Origin: Mobula hypostoma
Taxonomy: Eukaryota
Assembly: GCF_963921235.1 (NCBI RefSeq)
Contig: NW_026948115.1
Location: forward strand, 186,001 to 250,000
DNA: 64,000 nt
Direction: 5' to 3'
Within the stretch, counting starts at the first letter, position 1, and each line of letters opens with the position of its first letter. The notes beneath the pieces were generated by a model. That model was given only the letters and a program-made list of their open reading frames with translations. It was not told the origin of the DNA and did not search any database. Positions 34,270 to 47,303 of this stretch are shown here, one piece after another. Both the position numbers and the translations under genes were made by a program.

Positions 34270-35590
34270 CTAAATAATTAGATAAATAGTGAAGAGGATT
34301 ATCAAAAGTTACAGAGGGATCTTGATCAGCAGGGTAAATGGTTCATGGAATGTAAATTAGTTCAGTTAAGTATGAGGTTCTGCAATTTAGGAAATCAAAT
34401 CCAGGTCCGACTTTCAAGGTGAATGGTTGGGAGTATTGGAGAAAAGGTACCAAGGTCTTCAACTACGTAGTTCCCTGAAAGGTGCATCACAGGTAGATAG
34501 TCATAGTCATAGTCATAGTCATACTTTATTGATTCCGGGGGAAATTGGTTAGGGCGGTAAAGAAGGGTTTTGGCAAGTTCAGCTTCATCACTCAAGGCAC
34601 TGAGTATGGAAGTTGATTTGTTATTTCTGGGACATTAGTGCAGTTTCATTTGGAGTGCTGTGATCTGTTTTGGTCAGTCTGCTTCAGGAAAGAAGCCATT
34701 AAGTTGTAATGGACGAGGAGTGAGTTATGAGCATGTTCCTTGGGCGGGAAGGACTGTTATGGAGAGTGGCTGAGTGGCTTGGGACTTTCGTCATTGGAGG
34801 TTAGGAGAATCAGGGATGATCTTGTCAAAGTGTGTAATGAACAGGATAGAGAATTGGTGTATGCTGTGTACATGGATTTTCAGAAAACATTTGACAAGGT
34901 GCCTCACATGAGGCTGTTTAACAAGAGCCCATGGTATTACAGGCAAGATATCGCATGGATTGAGCATTGGCGGATCGGCAGGAGGATAGGAGTGGGAATA
35001 AAGGGAGCCTTTTCTTATTGGCCACCGGTGCCTAGTGTTGTTCTGTAGGGCTTGGTGTTTGGACCACTTCTTGTTACATTGCATGTCAGTGATTTTGGTA
35101 ATGGAATTGATGGCTTTGTGGTCAAGTTTGCAGATGATAGGAAGATAGGTGGAGGGGCTGGTCATGTTGAGGAAGAAGGGAGGCTGCAGAAGGACTTAGA
35201 TAAGGAGAATGGACAAAGAAGTGACAGATGGAATACAGAGTCGGGAAGTGTACGGTCATACTCTTTGGTAGAAGGAATAAAAGCATTGACTATTTTCTAA
35301 ATGGAGAGAAAATTCAAAAATCTGAGATGGAAAGAGACTTGGGAGTCCTTGTGCAGGATTCCCTAAAGGTTAATTTGCAGGTTGAGTCACTGGTGAGGAA
35401 GGCAACTGCAAAGTCAGCGTTCATTTCAAGAGAACTAGAACATAACAGCAAGGATGTAATGCTGAGCCTTTATGAAGCACAGGTGAGGCCTTATTTAGAG
35501 TGCTGTGAGCAGTTTTACACCCCTTGTTTAAGAAGGGATGTATTGACATTGGAGAGGGTTCAGAGGAGGTTCACAAGAGTGATGAAATGG
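34270..35590 (+). mobile_element. Degenerate CR1 fragments
   Basis: YMDFQKTFDKVPHMRL, KFADDRKIGG and LERVQRRFTR segments with many lesions. Confidence 0.75.
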
Positions 35591-37339
35591 CGGAGCAGAC
35601 TTGGGCCGAGTTCTGCTCCTGTGTCTTATGGTGACATCTTGAGGGTTAATGCCCACAGTCTCTTTCCTGGGGTTGGGTAATCACAATCTGAGGGCAAACG
35701 TTTAAGGTGGGAGTGAAGAGAAGATGCCAAAGGGCAGCAACATCCCCCAGTAGGTGGTTCATCTTTACTGAAGGTGGTCCCAGGTGAAGTGCCTGAGGCA
35801 GGTACATTAACAACATTTAAAAGGCACTTTGATAGATACATGGATTGGAAAAGTTCAACGTGAAAGAAGTAGTTTTGTGAACCATTTGGAGGATGTCGCT
35901 CTTGGTTGAGTTGTTCACTTGCATCATCTTCTTTCGAGGGAGACGGAAAACACTGATGAATGGGACACTTGGACAGGAATTTATTTGGGCTGAAGGGCCT
36001 GTTTCTGAGATGTGTGACTCTCTGACTCCTCGGCCACACATATTCTGATTTCTACCCTCACTGGCACAGAGTAATTCACTACAACTGTAGATCCTGCTTT
36101 TTGTCTTCTGCCAGACCCCCATAAATACTCTCTGCAGGACCACACCTCTCTGCCTATTTCTTTGGTACCAACACCTATCATGACCTCTGACTTTTCAACC
36201 TCCCCCTTCAGAACCTCTGTACCACTCTGACCCTTCCCTGACCCTGGCACCAGGGAGGCATCACACCTTCCTGGGCTCAGCTTGAGAAGCACGTGTCTTT
36301 ACCCCTCTGTAACGATTCCTCCACCACCAACACTCACCATGACTTTTAGCTCCCCTGCTGTGGGTCAGAGCCAGCAGTGGTACCACAATCTCAGCAGTTG
36401 TTACTGTTTCTCTATGAGACATCATTCCCCAGCAGTGTCTGATATGGTATACGTGTTTGAGATTATTCCCCAGCAGTGTCCGATATGGTATACCTATTTG
36501 AGAGGGCAGTGACCACTGCATGTCCCAGACACGACCTGCCTGTCTTCCCTGGTGTCACCCATCTCCTCCTCCTCGACCTGGACCTCGGTCCAGATCACTA
36601 AGTGGACCTTTTACTGGATTTTCTGCATCTAAACTGCCCCAGAGTCCAGCAGCTCTGTGTGTTCTGCCATGAGCTGTGGCTGGACACATGTCCTGTAGTG
36701 TTAGTGGTGAGTGGAAATGTCTCTACTCCCACGTCCTGCAGGAAGGACAGACCAATGTCCTCACCTCCCCAGTCTCCTCTTGTGGAGAGAAAATAGTCAC
36801 CTGAAAGAATAGGGCATTGTTTGCTCCAGTTGTCACATTATAGTCCATCGAAACATCTGTGAAATGTGTCATTTGCCTCAATGATCAACACAATCTGAGG
36901 ATGTTTCGGGGGAAGCCTGCAAGTGTTACTTTGCTTCTGGTCAGTGTCCCCTCTGATTTGTAATGACCAGTGAGCTCAAAAACCTTGTGCTGGGCATGTT
37001 TTTGCCCTGTGACAATGACACTGAATTTTTCAGTGGAAGTAAACCTGAAGCAGTTCTGAGGATAATAAACTACCAAGTTTTGTTTTTTGTTTAAAGGAAA
37101 TAAAATAATACACATCATTGAGTTTTATTTCTCATATATGATAGCCAGTTCTGAAATCTGCGGGCAAATCGACACCAGGTTGTCAACACTGTTCACATCA
37201 GAAACTGGAAAAGGAAAAGTGATTGTGTATGATTGTGAAATATACTTAACATGGCAACGAGGTCGAGGGTGACAATTCCTATCTTTTAAATTCCTTTGTG
37301 CGCAAGTAACAAAATCAGACCTTAGAGGGAACATTGCTT

Positions 37340-37530
37340 CAGGTGCCAACATGACATGCCCAAAACATTTAACCCGTACGTCTGTGTCATGTGGGAGGAA
37401 GCTGGAGCTGCTGGAGAAAATCCACACATTCATGGGGAGAATGTACAAACTCCTTATAGAATTTAGCAGAATGGAACCCAGATCATTCCCACTATAAAGT
37501 GTTATGCTAACCACTACATTGCTGTGCATT
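37340..37530 (-). mobile_element. V-SINE-like SINE
   Basis: Reverse-complement V-domain (tgtgggaggaagctggagctgctggagaaaatccaca). Confidence 0.6.
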
Positions 37531-37898
37531 CTCTTTACTAAAGATCAAATGTGATTTTCCTCACAGAATGGCCACACCTTCTTTTCCTACCCTTCCCATT
37601 GCTTTCCTCCACCAGTGATCCCACAAATTCCTCCTGTCCCACTGTTGCCTCTGGTGTCGACTGAGCGACATCCTGTCCATCAATGGAGAATGTGTCGGAC
37701 AGTTAGATCCTGTCTCTGCTTTGAATGTGGCTCTTGGGGTGAGGGGTGAGACCTGATTCTCCGGTTCTGGGACCCTGATTGTCTCAGGGGTTTGGGGCTA
37801 GGACCCCAGGGTCTTGGGTCTCAGGGTGCTGGTTTTGGGCATGGGTCCTTCCCGAAATTTGGATTCCCAGCCTTTCTAACTCTCTGCTCCGGTTCCAG

Positions 37899-38159
37899 GC
37901 TCTCACTCTCTCCGTTATTTCCATACGGCGGTGACCCCGGGGTCGGGGGTCCCTGAGTTCATTACGGTCGGGTACGTGGACGAGGAGCCGATCGTTTACT
38001 ACGACAGTGAGTTGGGGAAGAAGGTGCCCCGTCAGCAGTGGATGGCCGAGAGTCAGGGAGCCGACTACTGGAAACGGGAGACACAGATCTCTCAGGGCAA
38101 CGAGCCAGTGTACAAGACCAACATCCAGACCCTCATGAGCCGGACCAACCAGACAGGGG
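37899..38159 (+). CDS. UAA: MHC class I heavy chain exon 2 (alpha1 domain)
   Basis: 261 bp, phase 1-1, ccAG acceptor and GTGAGT donor; GSHSLRYFHTAV...ADYWKRET...MSRTNQTGG with Y7, Y59, R84 and the N86 sequon. Confidence 0.97.
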
Positions 38160-38189
38160 GTGAGTGGTGAACAACGTGGAGGGAGAGGG

Positions 38190-38525
38190 GGTGACAGGAG
38201 GGACCGGGCATGGGGGGTGTAATGGGGAGCAATGGTAGGGATTGTGGGGGGGGGAGGGAGAACATTGTGACTGTGGGGATTGTGGGGGGAACGGGGTGAC
38301 TGGGGACTGTGGGGGATGGAGTGACTGGGGATTGTGTGGGAATGGGGGTAACAGGATTGTGGGGGATGGGGATAACTGGGAATTGTGGGGTTGATGGGGT
38401 AATTGGGGATTGTTGGGGATAGGTATAACCGTGGGGATCATGGGGTGATGAGGTAAATGTGTGGATTGTGGGGGGGATGGGGTAACTGTGGGAATTGTTG
38501 GGGGCTCTGGGTGACTGGGGAGTGT
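38190..38525 (+). repeat. Degenerate G-rich tandem repeat directly after the alpha1 exon
   Basis: Recurring GGGGATTGTGGGGG-ATGGGGT(G/A)ACT units. Confidence 0.7.
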
Positions 38526-39260
38526 TGATTATTGTGGAAATTTGACCTTAGTAGGCTGAAAAGAATAATCGAATCTAGTGTCTCGTTTCCGGACATTTAA
38601 TTTACTTTGGACCAAGGAGAGAGAGAGAGCTGGTCTCCACCAGCACCCGACTCTACTCTCCTGTTACAATAGTGTCCTTTTGTACAGTTCAGCATAGTAA
38701 CAGTAGACTCATTATAATATATCCAATTATTGTATAGAAATATTATCACTATAACAATATGTTACTGTTCACTACAAAACAAAACAAAGTGAAGGGAGCA
38801 GTTACAAGTTAAACTATCTTGCAGAGCTGAGCACATTAGTTCCTGTTTCTCTGGTCGCAGCAGATTAGACTCATACCTGATCTGGCGAGAGTTAGCACGG
38901 AACGTTCTCTATTTGCACACAATGCTTTTTGCTTTTTCTCCACAAATCCCTCCTTGTTGATCTTCTAGATCAACACTCACATCGTTTACCCTATTCACAT
39001 TCATATTCTGTCATTGAGTCTCTCACTCTGCTCGGCAGCTGAACGGGTGCTGTTCACTCCAGTCTGTTGTTCCTCTCCTTTCTCGTCACCGAGTGGCCTG
39101 TATCCAGTCCGGTTTCCTCCTACCTTCACTGCGTTCCGAGTGACCAACCTCTCCCGTATTTTTGGCACAGCACTCCGGTAGTGAATCCCCGCTTCTCGTT
39201 AATGGACAGCAGGAAAGGCTTCTCGTAGTCAGGTAGGCCCAGGGCTGGCATCTTTTAGGG

Positions 39261-40656
39261 TAGTGGTCACCAACCTTTTTAAGCCCAAGATCCCCTACCT
39301 CGGCCTCAGTGAAAGGCAAGATTGACCTACGAAATGGTTTAGAGAAAAAACAGCTCAGATTGTACTTCCAACTTGAGGCCCTTTATTTGGGCTAATTGTG
39401 TTTTAATTACATAAAATGTTTTTGTCAAACTTTCAAATTAATTCAACCAAGAAAACACTGTAACTAGCATATCAAACAGGCCATAGCAGCATCGAGCTCA
39501 TCCAAAAACGCCTTGAATAAGCGGTGCTGAAGTAGTTTTGCTCGAATCGTTTATCAGTTTGACCACCAGTGTCATTACATGAGAAAAGTCCACGACCTTC
39601 CCAGCCAAGGCCTGCTGATGAATCACACAGTGATAATCCAGGAAGTCGGGAGAATTGGGGTCATTACGGCACAGTGCTATAAAACCAACGCACACACTGC
39701 GCATTGCTGGGGCCCCATCAGTAGTAATTGCCACAGTTTATGAATGGGGATGCCATTTTCATGGACATTTTTTAAAAACTCATTGTAAATATCCTCACCT
39801 CTCGTTCTCTCCTTTAAGTGCAAAAGGAAGTCCTACTTTGTTGTAAAATCCTGGAAAGCCATTCTGACAAATACAACAAGCTGAGCTGTTTGCTTTACAT
39901 CCAGGGATTCATCGAACTGTCGTGAAAAATATTCACAGAGTGACAAGTCCTTTAACACTTGTCGATCCACGTCCTCTGAGCAGCATGTTTGCTGGGCCTT
40001 CAAACCCGATTTCAGCTCCTCAACCTTCCTGGTATTGGTAAACTTACTGAGACACTGGTATAAGTTTCAGGGGTACGCAGGCTAATGACACCACAGTTTT
40101 TGTTTCCCATTTCTTTTACATTTGGAGAATGTTGGAATTTAAAGGGGGAGAAGTGTTGTAATGTGAGCATTATAAAGATAAGTTAATACCAGTTAGGATC
40201 ATGGTAATATAGCAATACTCCCGCTACGGAAAGCTGTTTGTAAATTGGGATTGTTTCTGTTATGATATACTTGTACATGCACTCGTGAGCAGACGATTAA
40301 AGTTGTTAAAGGCATTAAAGGTGATTAAAGGCACGCGCCTTTGTTTTTATCTGAAATATCTGTCTCGAAACAGTTTCCGGGGTTGCAGGGATTCCCTTCC
40401 GGTCTTCTCTGCCGGGTGCGCATTCGTGAAAACCTTTGTATGCGAATATCGTTTTACCGTCCTAGATAAAGTTGTTCCTTTTGGGCATGAAGTTGTCGAG
40501 TGGTCCTTTTTCAAAGTAGAAATTACTACATATTTGCATCAAAAGATTTATCAGGCATAATGTATTTGTGCATTTATTTTTCTTTTTTTTCGGGATCTAC
40601 TGGGAAAGTTTCGAAGATTGACCGGTCGATTGCGATCGACTGGTTGGCGACCACTA
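39261..40656 (-). mobile_element. Non-autonomous hAT DNA transposon with transposase remnant
   Basis: TIRs TAGTGGTC(A/G)CCAACC, 8-bp TSD TTTTAGGG (39253-39260 and 40657-40664), and TTDGAPAM...HCVIHQQAL in ORF 39498..39734 (Charlie/Buster-type). Confidence 0.92.
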
Positions 40657-41281
40657 TTTTAGGGCTATAAATGCCCAATCCCTCTGGTCAGTCCACCACA
40701 CAGTTACTGGCTGGTCCTGCAGTGTGGCTGCCCGGAGTACAGCATCCATTTCCCTCTACTCCGGTATCCACTGTCAACAGTCCCCAGCCATTCCCAGGTA
40801 GGAAAGAATTCCCTTCTCTGTCTTTGGTATCGGGATGTGCTGGACAGCCAATTTACAGTCTTTTCCGAGCCCTCTCGTTCCCTCGGTCAGCTCGAACCCG
40901 AGACACTGCACGGTGTCCTGGCAACACTGCAACTTTTCCAGGGAAACCCGGTGTCCCCTGTCAGCCAGATGCTGTAACAGCTTAATTGTACCAGCTCGGC
41001 AGCGAGGGCCCGTGTCCGAAGCTGTCAGGGTATCGTCAGCATGTTGGATAAGGGTGGAGTGATCGGACAAGGGGCTCTCATCCAGCTCATGCTTTACGGC
41101 CGCCGCACGCACTGCTGGGCTTTCTGTGTACCCTTGAGCAATCGGGAACAAGTATACGGCTGGTTCTTGTAGGTGACAGCCAGTAGATACCGGCTGTCAG
41201 CAGGTGGAGGTGTAGAGAAAACCCCGAACATTAGTCTGTGACGGTGAAGGTACTGGCGGAGGCGATTATAGAGGTGAGGAT

Positions 41282-43160
41282 ATAGAGGTGAGGAAGCTAG
41301 CAAATAATATCAAAGAGGATACTAAAAGCTTTTTCAAGTATATAAAGAGTAAAAGACAGGTGAGAGTAGATATACGACCGATAGAAAACGATGCTGGAGA
41401 AATTGTAATGGGAGATGAGGAGATGGCAGAGGAACTGAACAAGTATTTTGCATCAGTCTTCACTGAGGAAGACAGCAGGATACCGGACACTCAAGGGTGG
41501 CAGGGAAGAGAAGTATGCGCAGTCACAATTACGACAGAGAAAGTACTCAGGAAGCTGAATAGTCTAAAGGTAGATAAATCTCCCGGACCAGATGGAATGC
41601 ACCCGCGTGTTCTGAAGGAAGTAGCTGTGGAGATTGTGGAGGCACTAGCGATGATCTTTCAAAAGTCGATAGATTCTGGCATAGTTCCGGTGGACTGGAA
41701 GATTGCAAATGTCACTCCGCTATTTGAGAAAGGGCAAGGAAGCAAAAAGGAAATTATAGACCTGTTAGCTTGACATCAGTGGTTGGGAAGTTGTTGGAGT
41801 CAATTGTCAAGGATGAGGTTACAGAGTACCTGGGGGCATATGACAAGACAGGCAGAACTCAGCATGGATTCCTTAAAGGAAAATCCTGCCTGACAAACCT
41901 ATTACAATTTTTTGAGGAAATTACCAGTAGGCTAGACAAGGGAGATGCAGTGGATGTTGTATATCTGGATTTTCAGAAGGCCTTTGACAAGGTGCCACAC
42001 ATGAGGCTACTTAACAAGATAAGAGCCCATGGAATTACAGGAAAGTTACATACGTGGATAGAGCGTTGGCTGATTGGCAGGAAACAGAGAGTGGGAATAA
42101 AGGGATCCTATTCTGGTTGGCTGCTGGTTACCAGTGGTGTTCCACAGGGGTCCGTGTTGGGGCCGCTTCTTTTTACATTGTACATCAACGATTTGGATTA
42201 TGGAATAGATGGCTTTGTGGCTAAGTTTGCTGACGATACGAAGATAGGTGGAGGGGCCGGTAGTGCTGAGGAAACGGAGAGTCTGCAGAGAGACTTGGAT
42301 AGATTTGAAGAATGGGCAGAGAAGTGGCAAATGAAGTACAATGTTGGAAAGTGTATGGTTATGCACTTCGGCAGAAAAAATAAACGGGCAGACTATTATT
42401 TAAATGGAGAAAGAATTCAAAGTTCTGAGATGCAACGGGACTTGGGAGTCCTCATACAGGATACCTTTAAAGCTAACCTCCAGGTTGAGTCGGTAGTGAA
42501 GAAGGCGAATGCAATGTTGGCAGTCATTTCTAGAGGAATAGAGTATAGGAGCAGGGATGTGATGTTGAGGCTCTATAAGGCGCTGGTGAGACCTCACTTG
42601 GAGTACTGTGGGCAGTTTTGGTCTCCTTATTTAAGAAAGGATGTGCTGATGTTGGAGAGGGTACAGAGAAGATTCACTAGAATGATTCCCGGAATGAGAG
42701 GGTTAACATATGAGGAACGTTTGTCCGCTCTTCGACTGTATTCCTTGGAGTTTAGAAGAATGAGGGGAGACCTCATAGAAACATTTCGAATGTTAAAAGG
42801 CATGGACAGAGTGGATGTGGCAAAGTTGTTTCCCATGATGGGGGAGTCTAGTACGAGAGGGCATGACTTCAGGATTGAAGGGTGCCCTTCAGAACAGAAA
42901 TGCGAAGAAATTTTTTTAGTCAGAGGGTGGTGAATCTATGGAATTTGTTGCCATGGGCAGCAGTGGAGGCCAAGTCATTGGGTGTATTTAAGGCAGAGAT
43001 TGATAGGTATCTGAGTAGCCAGGGCATCAAAGGTTATGGTGAGAAGGCAGGGGAGTGGGACTAAATAGGAGAAAATGGATCAGCTCATGATAAAATGGCG
43101 GAGCAGACTCGATGGGCCGAATGGCCTACTTCTGCTCCTTTGTCTTATGGTCTTATGGTC
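41282..43160 (+). mobile_element. CR1 LINE, 5'-truncated, inserted in ERV segment A
   Basis: RT ORF 41770..42933 with GVPQGSVLGP and FADD; (TCTTATGG)n tail; ERV sequence resumes as in the uninterrupted copy near 52770. Confidence 0.95.
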
Positions 43161-45605
43161 TTGGTATCGGGGACCAGTGGGGCAATGGGAATAACGATCT
43201 TATTTACCGCTCTTTTGGGTCCTGCAGGAATCGCCATTCGTTCTTCTTCCTGGTTTTGGAATCAGAAGGATGGGGGTGATGCAGCCCCCCTGTTACAGGA
43301 GGGACTGTGTTACAGTGCGATGCCTTCCTCTGCCTGAGCTGTCAGGCGATATTGTTTCACGCAGGGCAGGAGGGATCCCTTCTCGAGGGTCACCCGTTGT
43401 TCTGGTGTCGTGCGCACCATACCGACACGGTTCTTGTGTTGGGCCCACAGTCCCATGTTAACACCGGTGAGAGCTTTCGGGTAGAGCAGGGGCCCTGTCT
43501 GGGGCGGGCACTGTTGCTGGAATAATGCCCTTAACATCATAGGTTTTACGGTAATCCTTCCTGTCTGCCTGTCAAAGATCTCGGTGATGAGCACAGCTGC
43601 ACCAGGGATTAGAACAGAGATTGTCTGGGCTGGGTGTGAAATTTGTGACGGACGGTGCACCATAGGTCCAATGCGCTTTGGTTTAACGGGGGGTGTCGGG
43701 GTCTTATGGTAACTGTGAGGTTGTTTAGTACTACTGCTATTCCCAGCTCTTCGGGACCGAAGAACAGAAGGGTCCCGGTCCCGGTTCTCAAGGTCTCCGT
43801 GTCTCCAACACAGGGGGCTGCCTGCTGATCGTAGGTGGGATCTGCGCCCTGCCCGTACAAAGCAGTGCAGTGAAACATCTTGCTTTCCCAGCCGGTTTCC
43901 AGGAGCTATTGCAAATACTGTCCTTGCAAGTCAGAGGAATCCCCCAGGGCTGTGCATGGTTGTTGTACGAGGGGGGAATAAGGGTTGCAATCCAGTTGCC
44001 AGCAGTACGATACCGGAGTATCACAACAATCATTCACTCCTCCAGTGAGCTTTAACGTCTGCGGGAGATCCACATAAATGCCATTAGGTCGACGTACAGA
44101 TTCGCACCTAACTTACAGAGAGTCTGTCTGTCTAACAAGGGGAGGGGCTTGTCTTTAGAAATTATACAGGTATCAGTAACATCCACGTTATCTATTGTCA
44201 GCGAGGGAGGGGGTCGAAAGGGTTTCTGTCATCGGGCACAGAAGACAGAGTAGCTCCATATCAGTCAGACAAGACCCCTCACTATCTCCTGTTTTTACAC
44301 CCATCATGGGCTCTTCTCTCATCCTTCTGGATAGTCTGATGGCTGCTGCCTGCACCACCGGTTCTCCGTGGCACCCCTATTGCTGAGGCGAGGGATGAGT
44401 TAAAGGGAAAGTGGGCGACTGTCGGTCCTCTGAAGCCCGGGGAGGGGGCGGAAAGGTGGGGGGGGGGTGACAGTTCCGGGCCCACTGGCCCTTTTTCCGC
44501 AATTTCGGTATGTAGTTTGGCAATCTCGGGCCCAGTGCCACTTCTCACCACAACTACAGCATTGGTCGCTTGGGGAATCAGGGAGATTTCTTCGGAACCC
44601 GGAATTCCCTCCCCTTCCCCACCTCGTCCCTGAGGTGGGCACCCTTTGCTTTGGGAGTACTGGCCTACTGGCATTTTCCCTCTCTCGTTTGTTTTCTGAG
44701 AAAAGAGTCCCTCCCGATCCACATTGTACAAAGCCGTCATTGTCTACACCCACGTTTGATTTTACCAGTTCAGATTCTGTAATTTATATCCTTGGGTTCG
44801 CAGCGGCCACATGCAGTTCAACAAAGTTTGGATGGCCAAGGGCCCATTCCCCTCTAAGGGTGTCCCAACACTCTCTCCCCACTTCTGCTTAAACCTTGCT
44901 ACAAAATCTGGAATCATTTCACCCTTCCTCTGCGAGCACTGTGTCACCTCCCCTTTACCGCTATGTCTCCGTTCCCCCCACCCCCCCATTATAGCAGTTT
45001 TTCTCCATTCTCCAACCAGAGTGTCATTGTCTCATTACCGGGCACCGTGTCATCCTGTCCCCAGTCCCCAGGGGCGAGTATTTAGCATCTGGATCAACCA
45101 GATGTGGAAGGCGTTTGGTTTCTTTAAGGGGTCAGGCGTCTCCGTGACCATGACACGTACTTCGGTTGGGGTCCGGGGTTTTCATACAGGGACGTCACCT
45201 ATCCTGATATTTGGGGCTTGAATTGTGGGGTTTGTCCCCTCCTTTTCTTCTCTCTCTCTTTGTCCCCGTGTTCGCTGTCGAGTCCCGCGGCCTCCCGCAT
45301 CACCTGTGGTGCTGCTCACTCTGGTCTCATCTCCGGCAGCCCTCGCGCCTCCTGGAGTCGTCACGGTCCTGTCCTCGCAGAGAGGGGGCTGATGCTGTGG
45401 CCGGGGGCCTGGCTGTCTCTGCCTCTGGCCTCGCCCATAGGGGGTGGCCATCTGTGTCAATTCCTCTGTGTCCCCCTCCGGGGGATCACTCGGGGTCGAC
45501 CTGAGATACTGTCCCAGCGGCGGTTGGGAGGCTGGGGGATTATTCTTATGCGGTCCTTTATCTTTCTAAGGGGGCTCAGGGGGCCAGAGTCTCTTGGCCT
45601 CCTCC

Positions 45606-46642
45606 TCCCTACCTCGGCCTTAGTGAAAGGCAAGATCGACCTACTAAATCGTTTAGTCACACGCATGCGCACTGGGCAGAAAAGACCGAAGTGAAACCCC
45701 GCAACCTGGAAACAAGATCTCTTTACAAACAACTTTCCGTAGCGGGAGTATTGCTATATTGCCATTATCTTAATTAGTATTACTTTTTTTTTAATGCTCA
45801 CATTACAACTCCTTTAATTCAAAGTTTCATTATTTAATTTTATTTCAACGTGAAAAATAAATGAATAAAAACTGACTGTTGCACTCAGTGTGATGACTGG
45901 GGCTGAATACTTTCTGCTAGTTCCCTGAAATGTGGCTGATAACTACAGACAGCCAGTCTGAGACAGTCTGTGAGGTGTCTGTCAGTGAGACAGCTCCTGT
46001 ACTTAGATTTCATAATTTTCATCTGTGGCAGCACAGCGCCCTCGCAAACCTCCTGACAGACTGAATATTTGACTGGAGAGTTTCCTTTGTTAGACTGAAT
46101 GTTGAATCTGCCACGTGTTTCAGGTGTTTTGTGTTGGTAAACTGTTACTGAGACACTAGTGTAAGTTTCAGGATAATGACAGCACTGTTTTTTGTTTCCC
46201 AGTTATTTACATTTGGGGAGTGTTGGAATTTGAAGGGGGAGAAGTGTTGTAATGTGAACATTATAAAGATAAGTTAATACAAATTAGGATAATGGTAATA
46301 TAGCAATACTCCTGCCACGTGGCTACGGAAAGCCATTTGTAAAGAGAGGTTGCTTCCGGTTGCGGGGTTTATTTCCGGTCTTTTCTACCGCGGTGCATGG
46401 CGGGGGAGCTATACACATGCGCACTGGGCAGAAAGAACGGAACTAAAACCCCGCAACCCGGAAACAATCTCTCCTTACAAACAGCTTTCAGTAGCTCGAG
46501 TATTGCTAAATTACCACTAATCAGTATTACTTATGTTTATAATGTTCACATTACAACAGCATTTGTGCATTTATTTATTTTTCTTTTTTTTTGGGATCTA
46601 CTGGGAAGGACTCAAAGATCGACCGGTCGATGGCGACCACTA
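45606..46642. mobile_element. hAT MITE of the same family, left TIR missing
   Basis: Begins at CCCTACCTCGGCC (about 30 nt inside the left end of 39261-40656) and ends with the right TIR GGCGACCACTA. Confidence 0.8.
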
Positions 46643-47301
46643 CCCTAAACAATGCAGTGTAACAACTATTTACATGGCATTTCATTGTATTAGGTATTAT
46701 AAGTAATCTAGAGATGATTTAAAATACACGGGAGGATGTGTGTAGCCTATCATGGATCGGGATTGAACAAAAACCGTTAAGTTCTCTTACTAAGTAATTT
46801 GGAACAGGTGCATCTGGTATTTAGTGTTAATTAGTCAAACGTTTGTCTTGGTATATATTTGACCTTTCTATGCTTATAAAACACTGAAGAAACGTATCTA
46901 TTTCAATAATTAAACCACTGCGTTGCTTGGTAATAATTGTAGCTTTCATTGGGGCAGGGCCTTTCTCACTTTATACTTTAAAATTGTTCCGATCGTTGAT
47001 CGACTGTAGACGCTTTCCCAATAACCGATGGCGTTTCACCTTTTCCGATCGCTTTTTTATTTCACCTTCATTTTCAATCGTGATTATTTTCGTGAACAGG
47101 ATCACTGCGGATTCAGAGCTCCGCTGGGTCCTAACGTCCACCGCATTTAGCCAGGTTAAATAAGGTTCGGGGCTCCGCTGGGTCCTAATGTCAACCGTAC
47201 TGATTCAGGTTAAATAAGGGCCTTGGGCATCTGTGTTTTTTTGTATCCGTGGCGGGGGCGGGTCCCGGAACGAATCCCCCGCGGATAAGGAGGGCCGACT
47301 G
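46643..47301. mobile_element. Tigger-like (TcMar) MITE, one end preserved
   Basis: Terminus GGAACGAATCCCCCGCGGATAAGGAGGGCCGACTG followed by TA; 46643-46745 closely resembles the MER2 consensus as recalled. Confidence 0.7.
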
Positions 47302-47303
47302 TA

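Larger units (their letters stand above)
38840..45605 (-). mobile_element. ERV segment A (defective gamma/epsilon-like: partial gag, pro, RT; RNase H-IN largely deleted)
   Basis: QGYTESP and QHADD in ORF 40774..41151; Gag knuckle QCCSCGEKWHWARDC; homologous to 47304-55224; interrupted by hAT and CR1. Confidence 0.85.
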
